A stretch of 64,000 bases of DNA from Limisphaerales bacterium. Its GTDB lineage: Bacteria > Verrucomicrobiota > Verrucomicrobiia > Limisphaerales > UBA11358. Shown here in pieces: positions 1 through 8,566 of this stretch. Positions within the stretch are counted from its first letter, which is position 1, and each line of letters begins with the position of its first letter. Under the pieces are notes generated by a model that searched no databases, was not told where the DNA came from, and was given only the letters and a program-made list of their open reading frames with translations. A program made the position numbers and the translations under genes. The stretch lies in assembly GCA_037200545.1 (NCBI GenBank), contig JBBCGE010000003.1:6750-70749 (forward strand). The letters run 5' to 3'.

Positions 1-290
1 GCGAGGTTCGCATAAACTTCATCGGCGGCGGCGGCCAACTGGTCGGGATTGCCGGACTTCACACCCACGTCAATGTAGACGCGGTCAATCTGCCGGAACT
101 TGCGGATCGTGTAACGATACTCGTCCACGATCTGGTCGCGTTGCGGCAACGTCGCAAGAATGTCCTCCTCCAGATCCACCCGTGATGAAATCACCAGCGC
201 GACCACGGCGATCAGCAGCGTCACCCCCAACGCCAGCCAACGGTGCGCCACCAGCCAGAGATGCAGTCGTGTGTATAAATCGGGCTTCAT
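1..290 (-). CDS. membrane protein, N-terminal part only (possible MMPL/RND-type exporter of the adjacent cluster); runs off the window start
   Basis: A reverse-strand ATG at 288-290 opens a frame that stays open to position 1 (MKPDLYTRLHLWLVAHRWLALGVTLLIAVVALVISSRVDLEEDILATLPQRD...). It has one N-terminal TM helix and an ATGA stop/start overlap with the GT2 gene at 287-290. It is absent from the ORF track because it is truncated by the window edge. The exporter assignment is inference from context only. Confidence 0.45.
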   Translation of the reverse strand, partial: MKPDLYTRLHLWLVAHRWLALGVTLLIAVVALVISSRVDLEEDILATLPQRDQIVDEYRYTIRKFRQIDRVYIDVGVKSGNPDQLAAAADEVYANL

Positions 291-1408
291 TTTTTATGCA
301 CGAGCCGCGCCACGAGGTAAGTCAAAATGGTTCCCGCCGCGCCCATAAAAGTTGCGAGTGCGAAGCTGCCGAAAAACCATTGCCAGAAATATTCACGGAC
401 ATGCGCCCAAGTCGTCTGGCTGGGCGAAATCTCTAAAACCCGGCCAGTGAACAGCCAGTGTCCCAGCAGCAGCGCGCTAAACAGAATGAACGGCATCAGC
501 GGTGGAATGGAAATGTTGCTCGCCAGCAGCGTGATGGTTTTGTTCAGCCGCAGACGATGCGCGACCGCCGCCGCCGCAATCATTTGAAAACCCCAGATCG
601 GCGTGATGCCAAAAAACAATCCCAACCCCACCGCGCCCGCCAGTTGCGCCGGTTCATGCGCGTGGTCGGTGAAAAATTCGCTGATCGTCCTACGCCATGA
701 CTTTCGCTCACCAAACGACCACGCGGTGCGCAACGCGAGCGGCACGAACCATGATTGCAACACCAGCCCGATGTTCATGATGGTGATGTGCGCGAGGTCT
801 TTGACGGGACGGAAATGCGAGTTCCGGATGCCGTCAGCATAGGTGCATTTCACCGGCACGGCGACGATCGGCGTCCCGACCCAGGACGCGCGCACCATGA
901 ATTCCAATTCAAACGCATAGCGGCCTGACCGCGCCTTCAGTCGTTGCGCCAGCGCGAGCGGGTAACAACGGAAGCCGCATTGCGTGTCGCCGAGCCGCAC
1001 GCCCGTCTCCACACGAAACCAAAAAGTCGAAACCGCGTTGGAACGCCGGCGATGCGTCGGGCAACCGGCGGCAAAAAAATCGCGCACACCGACGACGAGC
1101 GCGTCCGGTCGCGCGGTGATGGCGGCGAAAAACCTTGGCAGATCTTCGGCGAAATGCTGACCGTCAGCGTCCATCGTAATGGCGTGCGTAAAGCCCAGTT
1201 CGGCGGCGCGTTGAAAACCGGCGCGTAATGCCGCGCCTTTGCCACCATTCGGTTTTAAGCGGAACACCGTGCAGCCCGGCAGCTCGGGCAGCGGCAAGGT
1301 CGAGCCGTCATCCACGACCAAAACCGGGAAGATTTCCTGCGCCGAACGCGCGACGGCGGCCACGGTTGAGGCGTGGTTGAAGCACGGGATGACAACGCAA
1401 ACTTTCAT
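287..1408 (-). CDS. family 2 glycosyltransferase fused to a DUF2062-like membrane domain
   Basis: 373-aa ORF with a GT2-type N-terminus (VVIPCFNH, VVDDGS, MDADGQH). The C-terminal multi-TM part resembles DUF2062 (GITPIWGFQMIAAAAVAHRLRLNK). ATGA overlaps occur at both ends. Confidence 0.85.
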   Translation of the reverse strand: MKVCVVIPCFNHASTVAAVARSAQEIFPVLVVDDGSTLPLPELPGCTVFRLKPNGGKGAALRAGFQRAAELGFTHAITMDADGQHFAEDLPRFFAAITARPDALVVGVRDFFAAGCPTHRRRSNAVSTFWFRVETGVRLGDTQCGFRCYPLALAQRLKARSGRYAFELEFMVRASWVGTPIVAVPVKCTYADGIRNSHFRPVKDLAHITIMNIGLVLQSWFVPLALRTAWSFGERKSWRRTISEFFTDHAHEPAQLAGAVGLGLFFGITPIWGFQMIAAAAVAHRLRLNKTITLLASNISIPPLMPFILFSALLLGHWLFTGRVLEISPSQTTWAHVREYFWQWFFGSFALATFMGAAGTILTYLVARLVHKK

Positions 1409-2622
1409 CTCAAATCTACGAACATCCTTCGTTTCCGTGCCGACGGCGGCATTTGCAGGGCCTCAATTTCCTCACGAGTGGTGTGCCGGATTTGTGGTGC
1501 GATCTTCGCCCGCGCCTGCAAGGCTTCACGCAACGTCTCGGCCGGGGCATCGCCGTGAACCAATACTTCGATTGAATCCGAAAGCTCGCTTTCCTTCCGC
1601 GCGATGATGGCAAAGCTATTCACGCCCGCCGTCTCCTCCAGCACGGCTTGCAACATAACGGGAAACAACGAAGCGCCCTTATATTTTAATTTTTGATTTT
1701 TCCGTCCCAGGATCGGGCCCAGCCGCGGTGTGATGCGACCACACAGACACGGCTCGCGAAAAATCGCGGCGCAATCACCGGTGCGATAGCGGATCAGCGG
1801 CATCGCTTCGACGCCGAACGTCGTCGCCACTACTTCGCCGATTGCGCCATCGGGCACCGCATTGCCAGCGTCGTCGAGAATTTCGATGTGCAGTTGTTGG
1901 TCGTGTAGATGCCCGCCCATGCCCGCTTCACATTCGCATAGTGAATTCGTTAGTTCGGTCACGCCGTAAGTGGAAAACACTTTTGCGCCCCATGCGTTTT
2001 CAATGGCATGGCCAGAGGCATTCAACGCAAACGCGTTATCACGAATGGGTTCGCCGATACAGATCGCCTTTTCCACCGGAGAATTCTTCAGGTCGAAACC
2101 AGCTTCGCGCGCTTTGTCGGCAACGTGCCGGAGAAACGACGGCACGGCGATGATGGCCGTGGGCTGCACATGCTGGATGGTTTCGAGAATGAGCGTGGCC
2201 GACGATGGCCCAGTGCGAACACTGGCACAACCCAGTTCGCGCAGGCCGGTCATGTAAGCAAGCCCCGCGATGAAGCAACGATCCAGCGCTACCGCAACCA
2301 GTACTGTGTCGTGCGCCGTCAAACCGGCGCACTCGAAGGAAATTTTTTCATTCAACGCCAGCCGCCGCGCGTCCGCTTCGGTCAGCATCCACAATAACGG
2401 CTGGCCGGTCGTGCCGCTCGTGGTGGCAATTTCGATTATTCGTTCGCGCGGCACGCAAAGAAAATCCAGATTCCGCGCGGATAAAATATTTTTATCCACC
2501 GTCGGCATTTCATTCAATGGTGGTGCGGTATTCATGCCGCGAAACCATTCGCGGTAAAACGGCGAATATTCCTTCGCGTAACGAAAGGTCTCGGTCCAGA
2601 GTTGTTGAGCGTCGCGGGTCAT
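1405..2622 (-). CDS. phenylacetate-CoA ligase / coenzyme F390 synthetase-like adenylating enzyme
   Basis: The track ORF extends to 2853, but its first 77 codons overlap the upstream gene. The ATG at 2622 makes an ATGA overlap with that gene's stop at 2619. The protein carries the TSGTTGQP adenylation motif and a PaaK-like overall layout. Confidence 0.8.
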   Translation of the reverse strand: MTRDAQQLWTETFRYAKEYSPFYREWFRGMNTAPPLNEMPTVDKNILSARNLDFLCVPRERIIEIATTSGTTGQPLLWMLTEADARRLALNEKISFECAGLTAHDTVLVAVALDRCFIAGLAYMTGLRELGCASVRTGPSSATLILETIQHVQPTAIIAVPSFLRHVADKAREAGFDLKNSPVEKAICIGEPIRDNAFALNASGHAIENAWGAKVFSTYGVTELTNSLCECEAGMGGHLHDQQLHIEILDDAGNAVPDGAIGEVVATTFGVEAMPLIRYRTGDCAAIFREPCLCGRITPRLGPILGRKNQKLKYKGASLFPVMLQAVLEETAGVNSFAIIARKESELSDSIEVLVHGDAPAETLREALQARAKIAPQIRHTTREEIEALQMPPSARKRRMFVDLR

Positions 2623-3707
2623 TTTGCGTGGGCGGATTCTAGATGGCTCGCGGCCAGATTGCCAGCCGCCTCGCCCGTCGCCAGACAAATGCCCATCACG
2701 CGCGCACTGGCGATGGCATCCACGTCGGCGCTGATGGTTTTGCCGGCCATAAAGAGATTCTCCACATTCGCCGCGCGCAACGAGCGGGCGGGAATTTCGT
2801 AGTGCGTGCCGGGCGGCAAATACTTGTAACGCACTACTCCGTCCGCGTTCCACTGCTCAATCGGCCATGCACCACTCGCGATTTTATCGGGAAATTTTTT
2901 ACCGGCCAGGATGTCGTCACCGGTCAAAAGATGCTGGCCGATGATCATGTGCCCTGCGCGCCGGGCTTCAGTGAATTCTTTGAGTGGAGTCGAACAATTT
3001 TCAAAGCCGGCGATGTTGGCGCGCAAGAATCGGATCACGTCCGATACTTGATCCGTGCGCCCGGTGAATTTTACCGTCAATGTGTTTGGTTCGAGGCTAG
3101 CTTGAAAATTCAGTGGCGGAAACCCTGCGCGGGCGAGCGGAAGCAAAACGTGGGCGGCATCGGCCGGTGAATAAAATTCACGCGCGACGTGCTGCAGCGG
3201 AAAAATCACAGCGGGCGCCTGGGTGGACGCGTCGGTCATCAGGCAATCCGCGCCGACCGACCGCGCAACTTCCGCCGTGCCAGTGCAATCAATTACGGCG
3301 CCAACCTGGATTCCATTGATGCAAACGATGTGGTTGTTTTCAAGAACGACAGCTTCTAGCAGCGTGTTCCAGCGTGTTTGAAGATTGGGCGTTGAAGTCA
3401 GAAACTTTTCAGCGGCGGCCCGGAATTTTTCCGGACGATAAGGCAGCACCCAGACTTTTCCCATTTGCACCGGAGCGGTTTCCGCGATGGCTTCGGCGAA
3501 CTCACGTGCAAAACCGGCATTAAGAAAATTTCCTTTGTCGTCGAACAGGCCGCAGAGCGTGGTAAGTCCGCTGAATCCGCCCGTGCCGCCGCTGGAATTA
3601 TTTTTATCGAGCAACAGCGTTGAGCAGCCAGCTCGCGCGGCACAAACCGCAGCGGCGATGCCCGCCGCGCCACTGCCGATGATGGCGATGTCCACGCGCT
3701 TGTTCAT
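2619..3707 (-). CDS. FAD-dependent oxidoreductase
   Basis: 362 aa with an N-terminal dinucleotide-binding motif (DIAIIGSGAAGIAAAVCAARAG). ATGA overlaps occur at both ends. Confidence 0.8.
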   Translation of the reverse strand: MNKRVDIAIIGSGAAGIAAAVCAARAGCSTLLLDKNNSSGGTGGFSGLTTLCGLFDDKGNFLNAGFAREFAEAIAETAPVQMGKVWVLPYRPEKFRAAAEKFLTSTPNLQTRWNTLLEAVVLENNHIVCINGIQVGAVIDCTGTAEVARSVGADCLMTDASTQAPAVIFPLQHVAREFYSPADAAHVLLPLARAGFPPLNFQASLEPNTLTVKFTGRTDQVSDVIRFLRANIAGFENCSTPLKEFTEARRAGHMIIGQHLLTGDDILAGKKFPDKIASGAWPIEQWNADGVVRYKYLPPGTHYEIPARSLRAANVENLFMAGKTISADVDAIASARVMGICLATGEAAGNLAASHLESAHAK

Positions 3708-4975
3708 GGGGTGAGCAAGCGGGTGCGGAGGCTGGCAGAGAATTTGACCGCCTCGGCTTCATTGAGAACCTTGAGCGAATGCAGAATGGTCACGCGCAGT
3801 TCGCCCCTGAAAGAATAAAAAATGACGCCGATGCCGGGCGCGGGTGTGACGGGAGCCGCGTGGGTAAAATCCTCAACCACCACGGCCAAAAAACTGGTCA
3901 GATGCGGATTGACGGCGGCGATATCGCCGTAAAACAGGGAAGAAATTTCACCGCGTAATCCCTGCTTGAGGATACTCATGTAAACGGGCAGCGGTATGAA
4001 ACGGGAAATTTTCCCAAGCTCAACACCGCTGTCCAGCAGGCCCGCGCGTAATGCCTGCGAGGTCTGTTTTTTCAAAGACTCGACGGCGGTGGCGACAGAC
4101 TCAAGCTGGTCAGGTAGAAACTGGAGCATGAGCATGGAGATCTGGTTGCTGAACACCGGCTCGCTCGTTCCTTTCGGCCGCAACCCGACGGCGACCGGCA
4201 GCACATAGCTTGGCGTGGCCGCATCGAGGCGTTGATGCAAGTGGTGCAATTCCATCATCGCCGCCGCTGCGTGAAACTGCGCGTCGCCAAGGATGCCACC
4301 GAGGTGCTGGCCATGGGCGCGGATGCGCGCCGTTTCTTCGCCGGTAAATTTTACGACGTGATAACGGAGCTGTGCCGGTGCGGCAGGGTGACGGATACCG
4401 GGTGAACAGGGCGCGACTTTGCCAAATTGTTCAATCTGGTAGAGACATTTCCAGGCGAGCCGGAAACGTTCCTTCAACCGCAACGGCACGGGGCGCGATG
4501 ACGGCAAAGCCAAGACTGGCAAGGGCAATTCTTCGTGGCCGAGAATCGCCAGAAATTGTTCCGCGCCCGGCGCGTCCATCAATGCATGCGCCCAGGTGAA
4601 AACCAGCGTCATGCGTCTGTCATCGTGTTCGATCAGATCAAAGCGCAAGAGCTCGCCGCGCCGGCTGGCGAGCGGCTCATTAAATAATTTCTGCTGAAGC
4701 CCGGGTTCGTGACGGTGAACGCGGACTTGCGGGTAAGCGGTTGCGCTGCGCACGGTTTTCCATTTTGGAAAAATGATTCCACCGGGACGGGTGCGAAGGA
4801 CGGGATGGCGGTTGACCAAAACCGCGAGCCGTTGCCGGAGCAGGGCGGGTGAAATGGCCGCGCCCAGTTCAAGCGTGATCTGACAGGAGTTGCCCGCGAA
4901 TCCGTGCCGCCGCAGTTCATGATCGAAGGCGAGCATGAGATAATCGTTGCCGTTGAGATGCAAGTTACCGCTCAT
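3704..4975 (-). CDS. stand-alone condensation-domain-like acyltransferase
   Basis: The track ORF is 3704..5122. I chose the ATG at 4975 (MSGNLHLNGNDYLMLAFDHELRR), which gives only an 11-nt overlap with the ACP gene. The motif WAHALMDAPG resembles the HHxxxDG catalytic motif of condensation, PapA5 and WS-DGAT enzymes. Confidence 0.6.
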   Translation of the reverse strand: MSGNLHLNGNDYLMLAFDHELRRHGFAGNSCQITLELGAAISPALLRQRLAVLVNRHPVLRTRPGGIIFPKWKTVRSATAYPQVRVHRHEPGLQQKLFNEPLASRRGELLRFDLIEHDDRRMTLVFTWAHALMDAPGAEQFLAILGHEELPLPVLALPSSRPVPLRLKERFRLAWKCLYQIEQFGKVAPCSPGIRHPAAPAQLRYHVVKFTGEETARIRAHGQHLGGILGDAQFHAAAAMMELHHLHQRLDAATPSYVLPVAVGLRPKGTSEPVFSNQISMLMLQFLPDQLESVATAVESLKKQTSQALRAGLLDSGVELGKISRFIPLPVYMSILKQGLRGEISSLFYGDIAAVNPHLTSFLAVVVEDFTHAAPVTPAPGIGVIFYSFRGELRVTILHSLKVLNEAEAVKFSASLRTRLLTP

Positions 4976-5219
4976 TGAGGAGGCGGGCCACGGTAGCGGC
5001 CAATGTGCGAAGATTGCGCAGAGCGTCGCCTGTGATTTCGCCTTCGGGAATCCACAGGCCGTAGTTGGTCTCGATGAACACCAGTGTGCGCACGAGCGAC
5101 ATGGAATCGAAACCCGCCGCAACCAGGTCGGTTTCCGGCGTCAACGAAACTTCCGGCGCGAAGACTTCACGTTGCAGGAAAGATTGGAGTTGGGCTTCAA
5201 TATCTTTAGTTGGAATCAT
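4965..5219 (-). CDS. acyl carrier protein (phosphopantetheine-binding)
   Basis: 84 aa with the GFDSMSLV serine attachment motif in the usual helix-II position. Confidence 0.85.
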   Translation of the reverse strand: MIPTKDIEAQLQSFLQREVFAPEVSLTPETDLVAAGFDSMSLVRTLVFIETNYGLWIPEGEITGDALRNLRTLAATVARLLNER

Positions 5220-5220
5220 G

Positions 5221-6645
5221 CTAGGCGGCCACGACCGCCCGGCGAATCTTACCCGTGGCGGTGGTGCGGGGCAAGGCGTTGACGCGGTGGAAGTTCACCG
5301 GAATTTTATAATCAGCGAGGTGGGTGCGGCAAAAAGTGCGAAGCGAATCCAAGTCGGCAGCCGGCTGATCCGGCACTATTTCCGCTTCAACAATTTCGCC
5401 CAACTGCGGATGGGCACGGGCATAAACGCGGGATTCGCGCACGGCGGGATGCCGGTTGAGCACGGCCTCGATCTCTTCCGGGAAAATTTTTCGCCCGGCC
5501 AGATTGATCACTGCGTTTTTTCTGGAAATCAAAAATAAAAAACCCTCGTCATCCAGCCGCGCAATGTCACCGGTGTGGAACCAGCCGTCCGGCGACACCG
5601 CTTCACGCGGCAGCCAGGGCGCGACATATGCGTCAAAAAAACCCGGACCTGCGACCGACAATTCGCCGCAGCCATTTTCGTCCGGCGCGTTTATGTTTAT
5701 CTGATGACCGGACACCAGACGGCCGACCGAGTTCCAGCGCCCGCGCGGGTCGCCAGTATTTAAGCTGACCAAACCGAGTTCGATGATGCCCAGCGCCTGC
5801 ACCAGCGGACGGTCAAACCGTTTGTAAAAATCTTCCGCCACGTCCTGCGAGAGCGCACAGGTGGTGGAAACAGCGAGCCGCACGGAATCTAGCCGCGCTG
5901 GGGAATTATCCCGCGCCAGCAGTGCATAATGAAACGGCGCGGCATAAAGGAACGTTCCTTGCCAGCGATTCACCGCTTTTAAAAACGGCTGCGCCAAAAC
6001 GTGTCGCGCGAACACGACGGTCGCGCCTTCGCTCAAATACAAAATGATGGTGATGAGAAAATGGTGCGCCATTGGCAAACACCACATCACCGTGTCGGTA
6101 GAATTGATGCCGAGCGCCTGATTCGCCGTGGTGACGCGGTCGCGAACGGTTTCATGCGTCAGCGCCACGCCTTTGCGCGCGCTGGTCGTGCCGGAAGTGA
6201 AGCGAATGAACGCGAGATTCAGGCCGTGGTTATCTGGCGGCACCGTGGGTGCCAGCCGGGTCAGAAAACATTCCGGCGATAAAACTGCACTTTGCCCGAT
6301 GGCTTTCTGGCTTAAAATTACTTCCAACTGCATTGCCGCCGCGATGTCAGAAATTTCCACCGCGGTGCATTCCATTGGAATCGGAACCACCACGGCATTC
6401 ACCCGCCAGAGCGCAAAGGTGAGTGCGACATAATCAATACTGTTCGGATAGAACAGCCCCACGCGGCAACCTGGAGATAATTTGAACAACTGTAATTGTG
6501 AAGCAAATCGGGCGGCTTTCTCAACAAGCTGAACGTAAGAAACAATGATATCGCCTTCGACCAGCGCCGGTTTTTCCGGCCATCGGCAGGCAGCGCTGTC
6601 TAGTAATTCGGCAAGATTCATACTTCCTACAATCTGTCGGATCAA
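5221..6645 (-). CDS. AMP-dependent synthetase/ligase (fatty acyl-AMP/CoA ligase type)
   Basis: 474 aa with the FTSGTTSARKGV core motif and a C-terminal GKIRR-type motif. Its stop lies 1 nt from the ACP start. Confidence 0.85.
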   Translation of the reverse strand: MIRQIVGSMNLAELLDSAACRWPEKPALVEGDIIVSYVQLVEKAARFASQLQLFKLSPGCRVGLFYPNSIDYVALTFALWRVNAVVVPIPMECTAVEISDIAAAMQLEVILSQKAIGQSAVLSPECFLTRLAPTVPPDNHGLNLAFIRFTSGTTSARKGVALTHETVRDRVTTANQALGINSTDTVMWCLPMAHHFLITIILYLSEGATVVFARHVLAQPFLKAVNRWQGTFLYAAPFHYALLARDNSPARLDSVRLAVSTTCALSQDVAEDFYKRFDRPLVQALGIIELGLVSLNTGDPRGRWNSVGRLVSGHQININAPDENGCGELSVAGPGFFDAYVAPWLPREAVSPDGWFHTGDIARLDDEGFLFLISRKNAVINLAGRKIFPEEIEAVLNRHPAVRESRVYARAHPQLGEIVEAEIVPDQPAADLDSLRTFCRTHLADYKIPVNFHRVNALPRTTATGKIRRAVVAA

Positions 6646-6662
6646 ATCTAGGCTGACATCAA

Positions 6663-7250
6663 TCAGCTTTTGGCTTTGCGCGCGGCGGCCAGCTCCGCCT
6701 TCGTCGCCGCCTGGAGCTGGTCAAGTTCGTCGCGGAATTCTTCCTTTATCTTCCGTTCCATGCGGTCAATGAACAAGATGCCGTTCAAGTGATCGGTCTC
6801 GTGCTGGATGGCGCGAGCAAGCAGGCCGCCGCAACGGAATGCAATCGGCTTGAAATTTTTGTCCAGCGCCTTCACGTCCACGGATTCCGGCCGCGAAATT
6901 TCCGCGTAAATTTCCGGGAAGCTCAAGCAACCTTCGCCGCCCGCCGCCGACTCATTCACGGGCGTGACTTCAGGATTGATGAGCACCAGCGGCATGATTT
7001 CGTCCACGTCGGCGGGTTTGCCCTTGAGTTCAAGCGTGGAGGGACGGTCTTTGGCGACTCCCCGCACGTCAATCACCGCGAGCTGCAACGCGCGCCCGAT
7101 CTGTTGCGCCGCCAGCCCGACGCCGTGGCTTGCTTCCATCGTCTCGAACATGTCGGCGATAAGCTGCTTTATCTCCGGCGTGATGCTTTCGATGCGCGCG
7201 CCTTTTTGCCGCAATGCCGGATGACCAAATTTGACGATTGGTAAAATCAT
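6663..7250 (-). CDS. def: peptide deformylase
   Basis: All three PDF motifs are present: GVGLAAQQIG, EGCLSFP and QHETDHLNG. Confidence 0.95.
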   Translation of the reverse strand: MILPIVKFGHPALRQKGARIESITPEIKQLIADMFETMEASHGVGLAAQQIGRALQLAVIDVRGVAKDRPSTLELKGKPADVDEIMPLVLINPEVTPVNESAAGGEGCLSFPEIYAEISRPESVDVKALDKNFKPIAFRCGGLLARAIQHETDHLNGILFIDRMERKIKEEFRDELDQLQAATKAELAAARKAKS

Positions 7251-7264
7251 GTGGGAAAATCAAA

Positions 7265-8206
7265 CTAATCCGCCTTCACGCCGAGAATCTGTAAAATCCT
7301 TTCGAGTTCCGCATCGCTGTAAAAGGTGATCTCCACTGCGCCTTTGCCTTGCGCGTAATGCAACTGCACTTTCGTCGCGAACACCTCGCGCAACTTTGAT
7401 TCAACATCGGCGATGTGTGGATCGCCGCCGGGCGCGGACACGGTTTCCGGTTTGGCGGCAGCCACGCGTGAACCGCGCGTTTGCAGCTTGGCGACCAAAC
7501 CTTCCGTCTGGCGCACGTTCAAGCCTTCCTTGATGACACGTTCGGCGGCAAGATTTTGATTTTTCTCATCGGTTAAACCGAGGATCACCTTGGCGTGGCC
7601 GACGGAAATACGGCCTTCGCGCACAAACTTCTGCACCGCCACGGGAAGTTTCAACAGGCGCGTTGCGTTCGCCACGGAGGCACGGCTCTTGCCGACCTTG
7701 AGTGCGATCTCTTCCTGCGTGAGTTGAAATTGTTCCGCCAACTGTGCGTAACCTTGCGCCTCTTCCAGCGCATTCAGATTCTCGCGCTGCAAATTTTCGA
7801 TGAGCGCCAATTCCAGCAGTGAGCGGTCATCAGCTTCGCGCACGATCACCGGCACTTCCGGCAGCGAGATAAGCTGCGAAGCGCGCCAGCGGCGTTCGCC
7901 CGCGATGAGTTCATAGAAGCCGTCGCGTTCGCGCACGATGAGCGGCTGCACAATGCCTTGTTCGCGGATGGAATCGGCCAGTTCGCGCAAAGCTTCGTCA
8001 GAAAATTCCTTGCGCGGTTGCAGGGCCGAGGCGCGGATTTTGTTCAACGGCACGCGCAGGACGCGTTCGCGATCGTCTGGCGCGGGCGGCGGTGGAATAA
8101 TTGCGACCTCCGGTTGAGGGAACGACGGAGCGGGGGCGGATTGCGTGACCGGCGGATTGCCGCCCAACAAAGCGCCCAGACCGCGTCCCAATGCAGGTTT
8201 TGCCAT
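7265..8206 (-). CDS. parB: chromosome partitioning protein ParB/Spo0J
   Basis: The protein starts with MAKPALGRGLGALL at the ATG at 8206 (the track starts at 8251). It has the ParB box LIENLQRENLN and an HTH region. No parA lies upstream. Confidence 0.9.
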   Translation of the reverse strand: MAKPALGRGLGALLGGNPPVTQSAPAPSFPQPEVAIIPPPPAPDDRERVLRVPLNKIRASALQPRKEFSDEALRELADSIREQGIVQPLIVRERDGFYELIAGERRWRASQLISLPEVPVIVREADDRSLLELALIENLQRENLNALEEAQGYAQLAEQFQLTQEEIALKVGKSRASVANATRLLKLPVAVQKFVREGRISVGHAKVILGLTDEKNQNLAAERVIKEGLNVRQTEGLVAKLQTRGSRVAAAKPETVSAPGGDPHIADVESKLREVFATKVQLHYAQGKGAVEITFYSDAELERILQILGVKAD

Positions 8207-8249
8207 GCGAGCAGGGTGTCGCAGGGCAGGGAAGTTGTCAATTTGAAGC
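8148..8249. repeat. direct repeat copy A: parB 5' end plus leader (partner at 14119..14209)
   Basis: A 42-nt perfect core (8168-8209, caaagcgcccagaccgcgtcccaatgcaggttttgccatgcg) is identical to 14139-14180. A second 17-nt identical block (agttgtcaatttgaagc) and weaker similarity lie on both flanks. Confidence 0.85.
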
Positions 8250-8300
8250 ACGACTTCAAGTTGGCGACTCTTAGCGCACGAAAGCGGCGGTCAACCACAC

Positions 8301-8359
8301 GCAGTCCAGACGCTCCGCGCGATTCGATAGCGTTGTTGAGCGCGAAGCGTCTGGACTGC
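8301..8359. repeat. long palindromic hairpin (20-bp arms, 1 mismatch)
   Basis: The arm gcagtccagacgctccgcgc (8301-8320) pairs with gcgcgaagcgtctggactgc (8340-8359), leaving a 19-nt loop. It lies upstream of parB. Confidence 0.6.
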
Positions 8360-8422
8360 GACTGCTTCAGCACCGCTTACGACTATCGCGACCGCCACTC
8401 TGGCCAAACCAGGACACTGCTC

Positions 8423-8560
8423 TTGGCCGTTGCGGCGGAAGAACGCATCCGCCTCCCGCATGGCATCGTCGGTATAATCGAACGACACGAAGAAACCTTT
8501 TTCGCAATCTTCGCGCGTGAAATTTGATAGCGTCAATACTGGTATGAAAATTGCCCTCAA
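8423..8560 (-). pseudogene. possible remnant of a DNA methyltransferase C-terminus
   Basis: Only about 35 residues (NFTREDCEKGFFVSFDYTDDAMREADAFFRRNG) recall the C-terminal region of some N6/N4 methylases. The rest of the 89-aa ORF is featureless. This is weak and recognised from memory only. Confidence 0.2.
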
Positions 8561-8566
8561 GGGCGA

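Noticed and set aside
2623-2853. The ORF track gives a 77-codon N-terminal extension to the PaaK-like gene.
   Set aside because: The extension overlaps the 3' end of the FAD oxidoreductase gene in another frame and is Arg/Gly-rich nonsense. The ATG at 2622 gives the ATGA coupling seen throughout the cluster.
7265-8566. The presence of parB raised the idea of a replication origin nearby.
   Set aside because: I found no cluster of DnaA-box-like 9-mers and no adjacent dnaA, dnaN or parA gene. A single TGTCCACAA-like site at about 45500 is isolated.
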